Origin: Mitosporidium daphniae
Taxonomy: Eukaryota
Direction: 5' to 3'
DNA length: 64,000 bases
Assembly: GCF_000760515.2 (NCBI RefSeq)
Contig: NW_013546178.1
Span: 1-64,000, forward strand
The notes under the pieces were generated by a model. That model had not been told where the DNA came from and did no database searches. It saw only the letters and a program-made list of their open reading frames with translations. Position 1 is the first letter of the stretch. Each line of letters opens with the position of its first letter. This document shows, in pieces, positions 31,827 through 44,551 of this stretch. The position numbers and the translations under genes are program-made.

Positions 31827-34800
31827 TTAGCACCGCTGATCCGAAAGCGAGAGTCTAGGGACAATATTCATACACTGCAATTCTTGAAATAATAGCTTGC
31901 ACGCATATGGGATAGTGGTTGTGGTTACCTTTAACGAGGACTTGCAGAGGTTGCACCACCCTGAGTATCCCAGGAGCCCGCAGCCTTCGCATACATCTAC
32001 ATTGAAGGAGTCCGAGGAAAGCATTAATCGTTCCATGAGAAGCGCTGAAGCTCCATATCCGATCAGACAATCTCGCTCCATCTCGCCGAGCCTGAGACCG
32101 CCATCTCGCGCGCGACCCTCCGTAGGCTGTCTTGTGAGAACCGCCCGAGGCCCCCTTGCACGTGCATGCATTTTATCGAGCACCATGTGCTTGAGCTTTT
32201 GATAATAAATTGGCCCAAAGAAAATATAAACGCCAAGAAGCTCACCAGTGGTTCCCGAACAGAGGGTATCCTTGCCTCCATAGGAGTAGCCCTTTTGTAA
32301 AAGCATCTGTCCAACCGTTTGCGCCTTCTCAGCACAAGCCTCCTCATAGCTAGTAGTGGTGGCAGAGGAAAGAATGTCGCTATGGTCGCCCTCAAAGGCG
32401 CCTGGCGGCTCAAATGGCGTTCCATATGCGAGACGGCCAGCCATCACCCCCGCCTTGCCGTGCAATAGCTCGAGCATCTTACCCACGGTCATGCGAGATG
32501 GAAACCCATGTGGATTCATAATAATATCTGGTGACACACCTAACCCGTTATGCGATAAAAGTACCTGCTGAGGGTCCGTCCATACCGAACGGCATGTCGG
32601 CCTGTGGAACGATCAACCCACAAACACCCTTTTGCCCATGGCGCGAGGAAAACTTGTCCCCAATCTCTGGGCGTCGTGTTGAACGCAACAGTACTTTGAC
32701 CGTAAGCTGGTCATCGCTGTTGGTAGTCAAAAGGACGCGGTCAACCAGCACACTAGTGGGAGACTTGTGTGTCAACGCTACGGTTTTGTATTCGCCACCT
32801 GCAGTGGTGGTGTTTTTCGATGCGTCCTCCCCAGCAGCGATCCCGCCGCCAATAGGAATTTGCTTATTAATGATCACATGCCCAGGTAGAAGACGCTCCC
32901 CTGGTGAGGCAATACCGTCCCCGCTCAATGCCTCATATTTGGAGTAGCTGGATGGCGGTGGAGCCACTATGCGGTCATACGAGCCATTGGCATACTTTTT
33001 TAGGGTGACCATGCCCTTTTTCATGACCATACACCGCCCAAATCCACGGTCTAGTGACGCTTTGTTGATTATTAGTGCATCTTCAATATCAAAGCCAGAC
33101 CACGACATCACGGCCACAGAAGCATTCTGCCCTGCTGGCAGTCGCTCATAGTTTGTCAACTCGATGGTCCTTGTTTTGACCATTGGGCGTTGGGGGTAGC
33201 AGAGGGTGTATAAAAGCGTATCAATCCGCTCCAGCTGGTTGTATCCAATGGTGCCCATGGCTTGTTTACCCATTGCAGATTGATAGGTATTTCTAGGGCT
33301 CTGATTGTGATCTGGGAATGGGATCAGGCCCGCTACAGCACCCAGAATGCACCAAGGAGCAATCTCCATATGTGTGAAAGACGCATATTTTTTGGTATCA
33401 GCAGACCCATAGTGAGCATTGGCAAAAAAGTGTTGCTCGTGTTCCCTTTTCTCTAGCTTTACTTGAACAAGGTCATCCAAACCCAAAGCAATATACGAGT
33501 CGTTTTCCTCATTGACATCCAAATACTCCACAAGCCCTTTGGCAGCCATTAATTCGTCCCAAGTGCCGATAGACTTGAGGTGGTCCATAGTAAGTACCGG
33601 AGAACTTCCGTCCTCATTAAGAATCAGCAATGGTCTAAGCGGGCGACCTCCATCCGAGGCAATTTGGATCGTAGACGATGTAGAAGAAGCCGAAATGCTC
33701 ACATATGGCTCAATCAGACCTGAGCGGCGAAGCTTGCGAAGCGCACTCACCACCTGGGTAGAAAAGCGAGTGATTCCGATGGGAATGCCGTTAAAAAAGA
33801 CGATGCTCGTGCCTGGGGTATGAATCTCGGCTCCAGAAAATCCTTCAATTGGCTCGACCATCCCAAGCCCTTCAAGGATAAGGGTACGTAGCGGTCCTTC
33901 TGCGCTATCGACCGAAATAAGCGTCAACAATGCAAGATTTTTTACGAGCCCACAGGCTTCTCCCTCGGGGGTATCGGAGGGGCAGGTTATACCCCATTGC
34001 GATGTTTGCAGCGAGCGAGGTCCAGAAACCTTTCGTGTCTTTTCAAATTGAGATGAAATTCGCGTCATCATTCCCAGTCCGGAAATGTATGAAAGCCGCG
34101 ACAGTACTTGGGTAACACCTGCGCGCTCCATGCGGAAACGACGTAAAAACCAATTTCCTGTGGAAAGCGCGCGGATCATTCCGCTGGTAATAAGATCTCC
34201 CTGTAGCTGCAATAGGCGCAGAACGTCGAACTCCTGAGCTCGGTTCGGTTTTGAAAGCACCTTATCGATGGAGCGTTTTAGGTCGCTGTTGAAGCGCTTG
34301 AAAAGATCCTCAAATAGAAGGCCAAGGAGCTCTCCAGAAAGCTCTAATCGTTTGTTACCAACATAGTCCCGGTCATCTGGAATGGCATCACCTCGAAGCG
34401 CCTGGATTACTTTTCGCGCCATGAGCGCAAGAAAAAGCGCCTTCAGACGCAAAAGGGTGCCCTCCACCGGGACATGAGAAAGTAAAAGGTCCGTAAGGAA
34501 ATCGCGGGCATCTTCCAAACGGCGATCCACCGCAGATGAAGAAAGAGCCGACACATTAGAGGGCGCTCCCCCAATAAGCGAGCTTGTCATTTTCCGCGAA
34601 ATTCGCACATGTGTAGCCAAATAAGAAAGCGCCTGAGCAGTGGTGAAGATATTTAGAGAAACTGCTTCTTCCGCTGAGGGACCCAAGGCTTCCACATAGC
34701 GCGGATCGTTTCCACAGACCAGCTGCACAATCTCGCGGTCTGCCTGCACACCAAGCGCCTACTTGTGGCATAAATCAATGTTCAAGTAAAAAATCAAAAA

Positions 34801-35690
34801 ATCGTATAACGAAAGCATGGGCAACCAAAGTCGCACTCACCTTGAACATGACAAAAAGGGGAAAGTCGTCGGTAAGGTTGTTGTGCCGCACGTAGAGCTT
34901 GTCATTTTTGACAGCCACATAAGTCTTGCTTTTGCGTTCATGGGTTGAGCTAAAAACGGCCAAATTAAAAGGGAAAATATGTTACCTGGTCACAGAGGCA
35001 TATAGCAACCCTTTGCGATCGACGTCCAGTAGAATCCTATTCTTGGAAAGCTGCTCTTGAATGAGGATGACCTTTTCTGTCCCTTTAATGATAAAATATC
35101 CGCCTGGATCAAGGGGACACTCTGTGACATTTGCAAATGCCTTTTCATCGTTACCCAATGCTTTGAGGTGGCAGCGTGATGAACGCAACATGATTGGAAG
35201 CCTTCCAATTTGCACATTCTTGCGAGTTACGATCTGCTTGCCTCGAGTATATTCGATGTCAACCACAATTGGGGCAGAATATGTCAAGTCCCTGAGACGA
35301 CACTCATGTGGCGTTATGGAATGCACAATCAAGTCTTCCTGGATTGACGGCATCTCGACGCCGATATTTGTGTATCTACGATATTAAATCAAAGAACGGC
35401 GAGAAATGGGAAAAATACAAAAGCATCATAATGGACGAGAAAAACATTTCAACTCCATAAGATACAGGAAACTTGGCCATGTAAACAAATCAACCGAACA
35501 CAAATGGGGGGTACCTCAGAAAAAAGGAAGGATCCACATCCGAATCGACCTTGGCATCAGTCTGGACGATTTTCATCATATCTGTGGAGATGAAGTAATC
35601 GAAAGAATCCAGATGCTGCTTTATAAGGCCTCTGTTCTGCAAATAGAGCGGTACAAGCCGCCACTTTTCAGCCAGGATGTTGTCACCCAT
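31827..35690 (-). CDS. RPC2: RNA polymerase III second-largest subunit; 4 introns
   Basis: [80 protein letters not shown] and [19 protein letters not shown] (Pol III-type signatures). Confidence 0.93.
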
Positions 35691-35834
35691 ACCGGATGGC
35701 GTAATTTTAAAATGTTCAATTTAATTACTACCTCAATACAAATGTCTACCAATCGACGACTCTTTCATTAATTAATTATTGGCAATAAATTGAGCGATTG
35801 ACGGATGAATGTTTACAAAAATTACAAGATGAAT

Positions 35835-38171
35835 TTACAGCTGCAAGCCAGCAGCTGTGATGCGCTCGACCTTGGCAATGATGTGTTTACCGTACGTGTA
35901 CTTTTTCAATGTAGGCAGATGAGGCTTGATCCTCAATACAAGTTGTTCGCGCTGGTCTGGGTCTGCAACATCCAGCGTGCGTTGAATCACATAATTCGCA
36001 AACGGATCCTTCATCATCATGGACAGGAGTGCAGGACCAGCATGGAGAATCTCCTCCACCATCAGCCTGCGATCGGCAGGCTGAGAGTGTGCCATGGACT
36101 TTTCCACCACATTTGAAGCAAACTTGTGGCGAGAAAGATCCAGCAGCTTGCCTCGCACACAACCGATGATTGCGGTTCTATCAGAGGGCCGCCCTCGCTC
36201 GATTACATGCTGGATGACATAATTTCCATATTGGTCAAGGACAAGCTCATCTACATGTTCATGAAGCTCTTGAAGAAGAGGTCCGGACTGTGAAGATTCG
36301 CAATGCTCAAAAATGCGCTGTAGAACCCTGCACCCGTATGGATGCATGGCCAGCACCTCCACTTGTCCTCTGAAAGAGTCCACTACGAATTGCACTCTAG
36401 CAGCGGGAACCCTCTCAATGACCTTCTGGATGACGTGATTTCCATTTTGGTCTTTTACGCACCTGATCACGTGTCCGGTGAGCTCGACTATCAGCAAAGA
36501 CTGGACATCAGCAGGAAGGTTTTCAAGTGCTTTTTGGACAACCCTGCAGCCGTACATCTGAAGAGACAGACTGACCACATGGTCTTGCATGGCAATCGCC
36601 AAGGCTCGGCGCTGCCCATCGCTGCCCAATTCAAAGAACTTTTGGATCACATAGTTGCCAAAGACATCTGTCATCAGTGAAACCGCATGAGGCAATAGCT
36701 CTTGAAAGATCAGTTCTTTTTCTTCAACCGTGCAAGTTTCCAACTTTTGTTGGATAAATCGAGAGCCGAACTGATCGCCTGAAAATTCGACGACACAAGA
36801 AAGAATCTCCTTTACAAGAAAGCGTCTGGTGCCCTTGCTTGCTCGAAATTCTTCCAGAAGAGTAGACGTGGCGGCCGAGGTATCCGGTACAGAGGCCAAA
36901 GTAGCAGATGGAGCCATAGAAAGTGCAAAATCCTCTTCTTTTTTCAGTGTGCCTCCAACAAACTGATGGTAGTATGGCTGGCGAATGGGAGTTTTCAAAA
37001 GCGAGTGGTTATTGAGTCTATGTTCGTTCGCAGACATCAGCATATTGCCATTGCAACCATCATCAAAATTGGAATAATGGGTTTGAGATTGCTGATGATG
37101 GCTATTAAAGTTCGGGCGTCGGAAGCTATTGAAAAGGTTACTAGTTGAATCGGAAAAATATGAAAGGTTCTCCTCCGCACCATTAAAGTCTGCCGAACAA
37201 TCAAGGGAAAGATGGCGAAGCGTAGCTTGAATTTGTTCGGCTTCATCGTCGACCAAAGAAGTAGAGGCATCGACGAGAGAATCGGGCGGAGCCCCATTAG
37301 ATATCGACTTGGGCGTACCAGTTAGCGGCGTGGCAGGCTCCCCTGTAGGCAAGGCGGGGGAAGGATTGGCCCTCTTCTCGGTGGAAGGAAATGATGCCTT
37401 AGAAAAGCTGTTTTTACGGTCTGTGGAATGATAAGGCCAAACGGATGAGTGTCCGGTACCTCCATTACCCCACTGCAGATGGTGCCAAGATTGGCCAGGA
37501 GTATACGCAGGAGGCGGGAGTCGAGGGTTCAACCTTGATTGCGAATAGTAATACGCAGCATAGTTGGGATGGCTAGTTAGTTCTTGTTGACTTTTACTTG
37601 GATTGTGGCAGTTGGGCGTTTGGTGCTGAATGTTTGGAAAATATCCTCCTGCATTGGAAGGCCCCACGGTGGGACCCCCGACCACTGATGTCTTTGACTT
37701 TTCGCCTCCCAGAGAGGAATTTTTCTCCAATCGGATATTTCCCTCCAAAGAGGATGGTGGTGGTGGCGGCGGTGGAGGATGGTGAAGTATCTCGGCTGGC
37801 GGTGCGCTGGTCGACCTACTCATGTCGTCAGGAAAGACCAGAAGAGAAGATGTCGACCCTAGTCCACCGATCACGCTATTCCAGGTAATTTTTGTTGAAT
37901 AGTGAGGTGTGGATTGATCCAGACAAATACTTGGATTTTCTTTTTCTTGCAATAGGGATGCCAGCTGGCCAATAGGAATTTGTCGCTGGGGCACGCATGT
38001 TTTTAAGCCGATTCGCATGTCTGCGTCATGCGCTGATGTGGAATTTTCGTCCTTTCTCGAGGAGAATGAAGATGCTGAAACATTCCGCTCTAATGACATG
38101 GAAAACTGGTTGGACAGCTTGGGGTTCAGTGATGGTGACGCATCTGTAATAATGGTGTTATTTTCGGGCAT
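35835..38171 (-). CDS. Pumilio/PUF RNA-binding protein (8 Pum repeats)
   Basis: [60 protein letters not shown] and YGKHIIAK, with a long low-complexity N-terminus. Confidence 0.95.
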   Translation of the reverse strand: MPENNTIITDASPSLNPKLSNQFSMSLERNVSASSFSSRKDENSTSAHDADMRIGLKTCVPQRQIPIGQLASLLQEKENPSICLDQSTPHYSTKITWNSVIGGLGSTSSLLVFPDDMSRSTSAPPAEILHHPPPPPPPPSSLEGNIRLEKNSSLGGEKSKTSVVGGPTVGPSNAGGYFPNIQHQTPNCHNPSKSQQELTSHPNYAAYYYSQSRLNPRLPPPAYTPGQSWHHLQWGNGGTGHSSVWPYHSTDRKNSFSKASFPSTEKRANPSPALPTGEPATPLTGTPKSISNGAPPDSLVDASTSLVDDEAEQIQATLRHLSLDCSADFNGAEENLSYFSDSTSNLFNSFRRPNFNSHHQQSQTHYSNFDDGCNGNMLMSANEHRLNNHSLLKTPIRQPYYHQFVGGTLKKEEDFALSMAPSATLASVPDTSAATSTLLEEFRASKGTRRFLVKEILSCVVEFSGDQFGSRFIQQKLETCTVEEKELIFQELLPHAVSLMTDVFGNYVIQKFFELGSDGQRRALAIAMQDHVVSLSLQMYGCRVVQKALENLPADVQSLLIVELTGHVIRCVKDQNGNHVIQKVIERVPAARVQFVVDSFRGQVEVLAMHPYGCRVLQRIFEHCESSQSGPLLQELHEHVDELVLDQYGNYVIQHVIERGRPSDRTAIIGCVRGKLLDLSRHKFASNVVEKSMAHSQPADRRLMVEEILHAGPALLSMMMKDPFANYVIQRTLDVADPDQREQLVLRIKPHLPTLKKYTYGKHIIAKVERITAAGLQL

Positions 38172-38455
38172 CTTCAATGTACAACAAAAATAAATATCTA
38201 TACAGTACTATTTACACTACTTCAAATGACCTTGGTTTTCAGAAGCGAAACTTGCTGATGCTAAAACTTTAATGATGGATGAATATGGCACTCAAGAAGA
38301 AAACAATGCAATAGCAGAGGACAGAATGTAACAAATTAAGAAAAAGGAAACTTTTAATTTTAATTCTAACCCTAGAATTAGTGCGGTTTTTCATTGGTGG
38401 CATTTACTGTTAGAAAGAACCAGTGAAAATGGAGCGGGGGCGTGGTCCTTAACAC

Positions 38456-39280
38456 ATGCATACACGGCCCGATGCCGCGATATTAATCATGCGAGCTTCG
38501 CCTTCCTCCTCAGCCTCTTCATTGGGGGCTGGTAAATCATCTTCGATGAAAAAACATTCTCTTCGCTCATCCAAGAATGCTTTTACTGACCACCGCTCTC
38601 TTTTTCCTGGCATTGAAGAGGGCGCAGACATAAGACGGCAGGACCATCTGAACTTTAATGAGGGTGATCGTGTTTCGCAGGGAGACCGGAATATCTTCCT
38701 GATTATCGTTTTTAACATCCTCCAGATCGTGTCGATAATTGGGGGGTTTTTGCTCATATTCATTTGGGCCCACTTTGGCATCAAGTATAACTTGTTTTTC
38801 AATTGGGCGCTTATTCTGGGCATTGTTGCCATCATTACACATTTGGTCGGGATGGCTTCGTTATTTTGGAGATGCAGGAAAATGGGTCTTTTGTACCTGC
38901 TGATGGTTCTCGGCTCTGTTCTTCTGTATGCATATATCATTTTGCATGTATCCTCGTACGAGGGAAAGTTTGATCGAGTGTATGCCGAAAAGTGGGATTC
39001 TCTCTCTGCACAGCAAAAGGCGTCCGTTGAGAGCGAGGTAAGAATTGGCGTGTAATTTGCCTAGTTTGATTGCGCCGGCTGGAACTATTCAGCCGAGGTG
39101 TCACCCACCGACATTACTCAAAATGACACAAATGCCATTGTGTTGCCGAAAAAAAGCTGTGGCCTGTTGGTGATGCAGATTTTAGAGGCTATCGACACTG
39201 ATAGATGGCCCTTGTTGATAGGGTTCTATATTTATCATGTGCTCAACTTTGCCCTTGCCGTTAAGCTAATTTATTTTTAA
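38456..39280 (+). CDS. Tetraspanin-like four-TM protein; intron 39038-39064
   Basis: Three TM helices, then an extracellular loop KWDSLSAQQKASVESE|FDCAGW...SCG (CCG-like motif and distal Cys), then a fourth TM. Confidence 0.6.
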
Positions 39281-39444
39281 CCCGGCAGCGATATCTTTTT
39301 GTAATAAATTTAAACTCAAAGTGACGTTTCGGCATCATCATGCTGTAAATGGGAGAGGGCCACGTGTGTGTGCTGAGTTGTAATCAAATCGAATCGAATC
39401 AATTTAATTTAATTTAATTTCTGGATACCCTTTTCACACATCTC

Positions 39445-40098
39445 ATGGTGGGTGCACAAGCTTCCGTCCCTTCAATTGAAAAGACCAAGGGACACCTAGA
39501 CGTGGAAAGTGTTTTTAATGAGGATCAGATATTTTCAAAGTATACAAACATTCAAAAAACATCGCCCCTCTTGGCAAGTAAGTATTCCAACAGCTCTACT
39601 TCCTTAATGGACCCGCCGATGTTAACAGGTGCTCATCAATATTTGTATGAGGAACATTTCAATAAGATATTTATTTGTAAGCCAAAAGAGCCAAGCATAT
39701 CCTGTGGCTTTAGGCCAACTTTTTCGGTCACCCCAAGCCCAGAAAGCCCTCCAAACTCGCCGAAACACGATTCCTTTCGGAAAGAAGACCCATTAGTGAC
39801 CCCTTCCGCTGAAGCTTCCGTTTTCTCTTTAGACCAGACATGTCCTCATTCTGGGCTGTTTGAAACAATCTCCAACCCTTCACAGATATCAAAGTGCCCC
39901 TCTCTAACGCTTCGGACACGAAGCATGGACTATCCAAGTGTTATCGCTCGTCGAAAAAGTACCATCAATGCTGCTTGCGAGGAGCTCCGCGAGCTTCTAG
40001 AGTTGCCAAAAACTACGTCCAAAATCGATACCCTGCAACACGTTATCCAACTAATTGCCGCCCATAAGAAGAGAAAAACCCGATCAGACACCGAATAG
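39445..40098 (+). CDS. bHLH transcription factor-like protein
   Basis: C-terminal RRKSTINAACEELRELLELPKTTSKIDTLQHVIQLI fits basic-helix-loop-helix. The N-terminus is S/P-rich. Confidence 0.7.
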   Translation: MVGAQASVPSIEKTKGHLDVESVFNEDQIFSKYTNIQKTSPLLASKYSNSSTSLMDPPMLTGAHQYLYEEHFNKIFICKPKEPSISCGFRPTFSVTPSPESPPNSPKHDSFRKEDPLVTPSAEASVFSLDQTCPHSGLFETISNPSQISKCPSLTLRTRSMDYPSVIARRKSTINAACEELRELLELPKTTSKIDTLQHVIQLIAAHKKRKTRSDTE

Positions 40099-40126
40099 AT
40101 TAAAGAACGGGTATTCTTAGTTTTTA

Positions 40127-41524
40127 TTATAATAAACCCACCACCATCAGACTAAGCAATGAACTTAGGAGGATTGTTGCTTTGTCACAAGAAACGCACA
40201 GCCAGCCCGAAGACACTGAAGATGGGATTTCACCATCCAACAGCGCGGGCTTCGCCTCGACATCTACAGACGCGGCCGAAATAGACGGTAAAGCAATAAA
40301 TCTAGTTCTATTAACCAGGTTGCTGGAATTCGAGGAGACTGGTTCATATAGCGCGGGGGGGATCAGGGGAAAGAATGTTGAAACGCTTTTTATGTTGAAG
40401 GCTGAAAACTGTGTGTCCGGCGTTTCTCCCTTCAAAAGTCCTGCATTGCGTTTTACCGAGAGAGAGCGTCCAAAGAAAAGCAGAAGAGCATTGAATGTTT
40501 TTAAAAAGACAAAATAGCGAGTGTGCTCTAGCTCTTGAGCCGAAATGACCTTGGGGGATGTAGCAGGGAAAAATGCTTGGATAATGTTGCACAAAATATT
40601 CCTGTTAATTCCGATAAAGGTCGAAGATTGGTCATCAAACCGATTTTCCTTCCAGATAATCGAAGTCTTTTGAAGATATACTACGACGTAATAGAAAAAG
40701 AAGGATTTCATCATCCAGATCGGGAGGTTTTCATTTTTTAGAGTATTACGGAGAGCTTCGATTTCTTGAAGAATGGAATTGTGGCAGATGATGGCTTTCA
40801 GCAGATCGATAAGGCAAAGATTAAAAAAAATGTCCAAAAAAGTCAAGTTTAAATTTTGCCTAAAGTGGCTTAACAAAATTCCGAACAGCAAATTGCAGTT
40901 CACAAACAAAAAAACCAAAGTAACCGTATAAGGAGTAAACGACTTGTCAGCCAAATACTCCTGAAAATAGATCATCGCTGCAATAAAAGGCACCATCAAT
41001 TCGTACTCGGTGATCATTGAAAAGTTGCACAAAATAAAGTAAAAATAATACCAGAGCTGTGAGGCCGTCATCAAGAATGAACAGTCCGAGTATATGTTGT
41101 TGAGCTTGTCTCGCAGCTCAGAGGAAATGCATTCAAAAAGAGTAATTACCAAAACCCATCGAATCGAGGCCATGGAGGGCTTTGCGACACTAAGAGAAGG
41201 GATAGAAATGCAAAGCGTTTCAGCTAGGAATCTATTTAAAGGATAGCCTTCGCCAAGTATGTTAAAGATCATGAGGCAAAAAATGCACGATAATGCTGAA
41301 AACAGCTCGTGAAAACTGTCTGTCCAAGGAATCCATTGGTTAGTTAGGGAGCATCCTGTCTGGAATAAATAATATGTGACCACACAAATTCCGGTCTCAT
41401 ATTTGGAGATTTTCTCAATCGAGGTTTGCATGTATGATGGCCTGTCGAGTTCATTCCCAAAAACGCAAGGGATGCAAGCTATCACAGCAATGACTGCAGC
41501 AAGTATTTTAATAACGCCTCTCAT
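40127..41524 (-). CDS. Hypothetical multi-pass membrane protein with signal peptide and hydrophobic C-terminus
   Basis: 465-aa ATG ORF with several hydrophobic segments. No family recognised. Confidence 0.7.
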   Translation of the reverse strand: MRGVIKILAAVIAVIACIPCVFGNELDRPSYMQTSIEKISKYETGICVVTYYLFQTGCSLTNQWIPWTDSFHELFSALSCIFCLMIFNILGEGYPLNRFLAETLCISIPSLSVAKPSMASIRWVLVITLFECISSELRDKLNNIYSDCSFLMTASQLWYYFYFILCNFSMITEYELMVPFIAAMIYFQEYLADKSFTPYTVTLVFLFVNCNLLFGILLSHFRQNLNLTFLDIFFNLCLIDLLKAIICHNSILQEIEALRNTLKNENLPIWMMKSFFFYYVVVYLQKTSIIWKENRFDDQSSTFIGINRNILCNIIQAFFPATSPKVISAQELEHTRYFVFLKTFNALLLFFGRSLSVKRNAGLLKGETPDTQFSAFNIKSVSTFFPLIPPALYEPVSSNSSNLVNRTRFIALPSISAASVDVEAKPALLDGEIPSSVSSGWLCVSCDKATILLSSLLSLMVVGLL

Positions 41525-41646
41525 TAAAAATTAAAAAAAGCACAAAATAATTGAAAAAAATAGGACATTGCAATGACTCTTTTTTGTGAACACAACCAAT
41601 AGCAAGCCCCACATTAAAATTTAAAATGATTACAGTTTATATAAAG

Positions 41647-43245
41647 TCATGGGGATCTTGAACTTAAAGAAAGGCGGCTGGAAAGCGAAAGCATCGCTGG
41701 AGAGTCCGCCTGGATGATCTGATGCGATTGGCCTCCGACGCCTGTTCCCACCAAATACACATTCTCCCAAAATGCGAGTGGAGGATATACTTTTCTGCCC
41801 GACCTTGTCGTATGGCTAGGGGGGACTGAAGAAGGTTCTATTAGTGTGGCAGGCTCTGATTGTCTTCTACTGATTTTCTTCCTATCTGAAAAATCTTTTT
41901 TGCCTGTGGGTGTTTTCCTGTCCGTAGGGGCTTTCCTCTCTGTAGGGGCTCTCCTGTCTGTGGAGACTTCCCCGTCGACGGAGTCTTTCATATGTGACAA
42001 ATCCATTTGCTCTGTCTTTTTTAGCGACTTTTTGAGCGGCTTTTGAGCTTCCTTTGATAACAAAATCGGTTTTTTTTCATTAGAAAGGAGCTCCTTTGGC
42101 GTGGCTTTTGTTTCTGGCTTTAAAGTGCCGTTTTGTGATGGTGGCGATAATATTCGCTGGCGGTTATTTTTCCGGACTTCCAATTGAAGTTCAGGTGAAA
42201 GTGCCTGGATCCATGCTGTGCCTAAAGGAAACCCATTGGAAAACAGAGAAATTGTACCAGCGGACCAGCCTAAAAACTAAATCACATAAAATTACCACCA
42301 CTTTCCATTCCCTCGGCATCGATGGTACCCTGTAATTTGTATGATTTTCCGCTGGCAGTGACAATAATGTGCGGTGTCTTCGCAAGCGCAATAAGCGAGC
42401 TGTGCCAGGGCTGCAACGATCCATCGGGAAGCATTTTTTTCCCCTCTAGAATGGCCCATAATGGAAAGTCAATCACAGAATGTTTGGTGATCTAGAGGCG
42501 GTAAAACCGGGCCGACACAAACCTGTTGGTCATTCGGCACGCGTTGAAGACGCCACTCGATCAGAGTGACATCGGCGGAATTGGAATCTGGAGCAGAAAT
42601 CCCGGTTTCAATTACGTTGGACAAGCTATTTTCTTTGTTGGTCTTTTCGACAATGTTTTCAATCCTGGTGTCGATGTGGGACTTTTCCACGTCATTTCCA
42701 AGGGCATTCCTACTGCCTCTGTCATTATTCCGAACTTTTCCAGTATTTGAGTCTATTTTTGCGACGGGCCTCGAAATTGGGTCCAACGATCGGCTATTGG
42801 GAGAGAACCCGACAGGCAAAGGTTTATCAGCCCTTCCTCCCATCAAAGGAGTATCCGTAGTGTTTTCAGAAAGATTGTTGTTAACATTTGGGGCATTGGC
42901 CTGCGCAGCTTTGACGGGGTCAAAATTGTCAGTACAGCCTTTGTGCAAAATGTTGGCTGAAGGCATCGATGCTATAGTAGGCCGCGCAGAGGGCTGCTCA
43001 GTGGAGAGCATTCGAGAAATAAGGGAAGACGCGGATGCTGGATTTTTGCTAGCAGCAAGGAATGGATTGGCAAGTGTCTCCTTATTTGCCCTCTGAAGCA
43101 TGGCCGCCTTCAGAATATGGTTTGGTCTTGGCGACGTCATTGCAGTGAGATCCTTGACATGGAATATCTTTCCATTGGCAAGCGGGTCTGCATTGTCTCG
43201 GACGGGCGATGCCGTGGACCGATGGTGCATAGGGCGGTGGTCCAT
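41647..43245 (-). CDS. KNL2: KNL2/M18BP1 centromere licensing factor (SANTA domain plus CENPC-k motif); introns 42492-42522 and 42270-42295
   Basis: Spliced SANTA domain VTLIEWRL...LEGKK...WHSSLI...IVTASGKSYKLQGTID...G|WSAGTISLFSNGFPLGTAW, and C-terminal TTRSGRKVYPPLAFWEN. Confidence 0.85.
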
Positions 43246-43385
43246 CGTCAATCTGTAAAATTAAAATCGGCATAAAATTTGGACCATATGGCCATTTCAG
43301 AGCACACCACAGGCAACTGCCAAGCAAATTTGGTAGCTTATCTGCAATATTTATTATATATCATCACCGCCAGAGGTAGCAAAGG

Positions 43386-43712
43386 TTAGAGTTTTTCAGC
43401 AACGCATTTTTCATTTAGCAAGCGCTCGGAGAGAAGCATTCTAGACGACGTCTTGCATGCTGAGAGCCCAGTGCACATGTGGCTCTCAGGCAGTCTGTGT
43501 GTGGAGCAGAATTTGCTTGAACAGTAGCGACACTCGCCTACAATTGGGGCTGGCTTGCTTTGACACCCATCAACTGGACAACGGCGAGCAGACTTTTTTG
43601 TGGAAGAGTTGGGCCCTGTTATGGGCTTGTCCTGGTCAGAGGGCCTCGCGGATGTGTCCAAAGACGCCGATGCAGATGTTGTGTCGATGGATTGTAAATT
43701 GGTTACGGTCAT
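43386..43712 (-). CDS. AN1-type zinc finger protein (Tmc1-like)
   Basis: CPVDGC...[22 protein letters not shown]. First ATG is at 43712, and the frame is open to 43820. Confidence 0.85.
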   Translation of the reverse strand: MTVTNLQSIDTTSASASLDTSARPSDQDKPITGPNSSTKKSARRCPVDGCQSKPAPIVGECRYCSSKFCSTHRLPESHMCTGLSACKTSSRMLLSERLLNEKCVAEKL

Positions 43713-43867
43713 CGGTGAATTCGAAGAATGATGATCCCAGTTAGTCCCGAAAAGTATAAGTTGAGACCTGTTAACAAAGTTCGATTCCGATTCGTCGTAA
43801 CCAGAACTGCTTCGCTTCAAAATTTATAACTTTATTTTTAATTTTAAACGGCACATTGATCGGTTCA

Positions 43868-44551
43868 ATGCATAAGCCTTTTCAGAAGCATGCGTCTTCG
43901 ACGCACGAATTTGTGCAGCGGGCAATTGCAAGAATAAGGTTGGGCCACCCCAAGCCGCTTTGGTTTGACACGGTGGTGCAGGTTTATCCTCCTCTTGCAC
44001 CGTTCATGTTGTCTTCCGAACAGCGGGCCCCGTTTCCCACCAACAGCGACGAAAACATGCACAAACCAACAGATGATCCCTGTGACGATCCATGTGACCG
44101 CATCATCAGAAAAAAGAAGAACCAGCTCTCCAAAGAAGAACGGGAAATGCTGAATTGGCGACACCTTTTCCCCCCCAAATGGGACCACCAGCCGCTTCCA
44201 AAAATCCAAACGCCTCAAGATACACCGATTCGTCAGCTTTTCGAACGGTATCCATTTGAAGCTACTAGATCTGCTATGGACCCGATAAGCCCCGTCAAAT
44301 TTCCGGCAATTTCAGTTGATGAGACGGGTGCTCATATTGATACGATTGACAATGTCCACCCTGGAGGGATTCCATCCCTGCTTGAAGATAAGCTTGCAAG
44401 AGAATGTGCAATTGCAACTAATGCCATATCGTCTACAATAGAACAATCTTCGGTCAAATTTGCCGAGCTGGAGATGAGTGCGCCACAACCTAACCCTAAC
44501 CCTAGAAGAAAAGATCGCCGTAGGGTTAGGAGAGAGAAATTTTCGGAATAA
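43868..44551 (+). CDS. RSM25: Mitochondrial ribosomal protein mS23 (Rsm25)-like
   Basis: KPLWFDTVVQVYPP and PKIQTPQDTPIRQLFERYPFE resemble the mS23 motifs (P.W...V...PP; P.D.LR..F...HPWE). Confidence 0.65.
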   Translation: MHKPFQKHASSTHEFVQRAIARIRLGHPKPLWFDTVVQVYPPLAPFMLSSEQRAPFPTNSDENMHKPTDDPCDDPCDRIIRKKKNQLSKEEREMLNWRHLFPPKWDHQPLPKIQTPQDTPIRQLFERYPFEATRSAMDPISPVKFPAISVDETGAHIDTIDNVHPGGIPSLLEDKLARECAIATNAISSTIEQSSVKFAELEMSAPQPNPNPRRKDRRRVRREKFSE

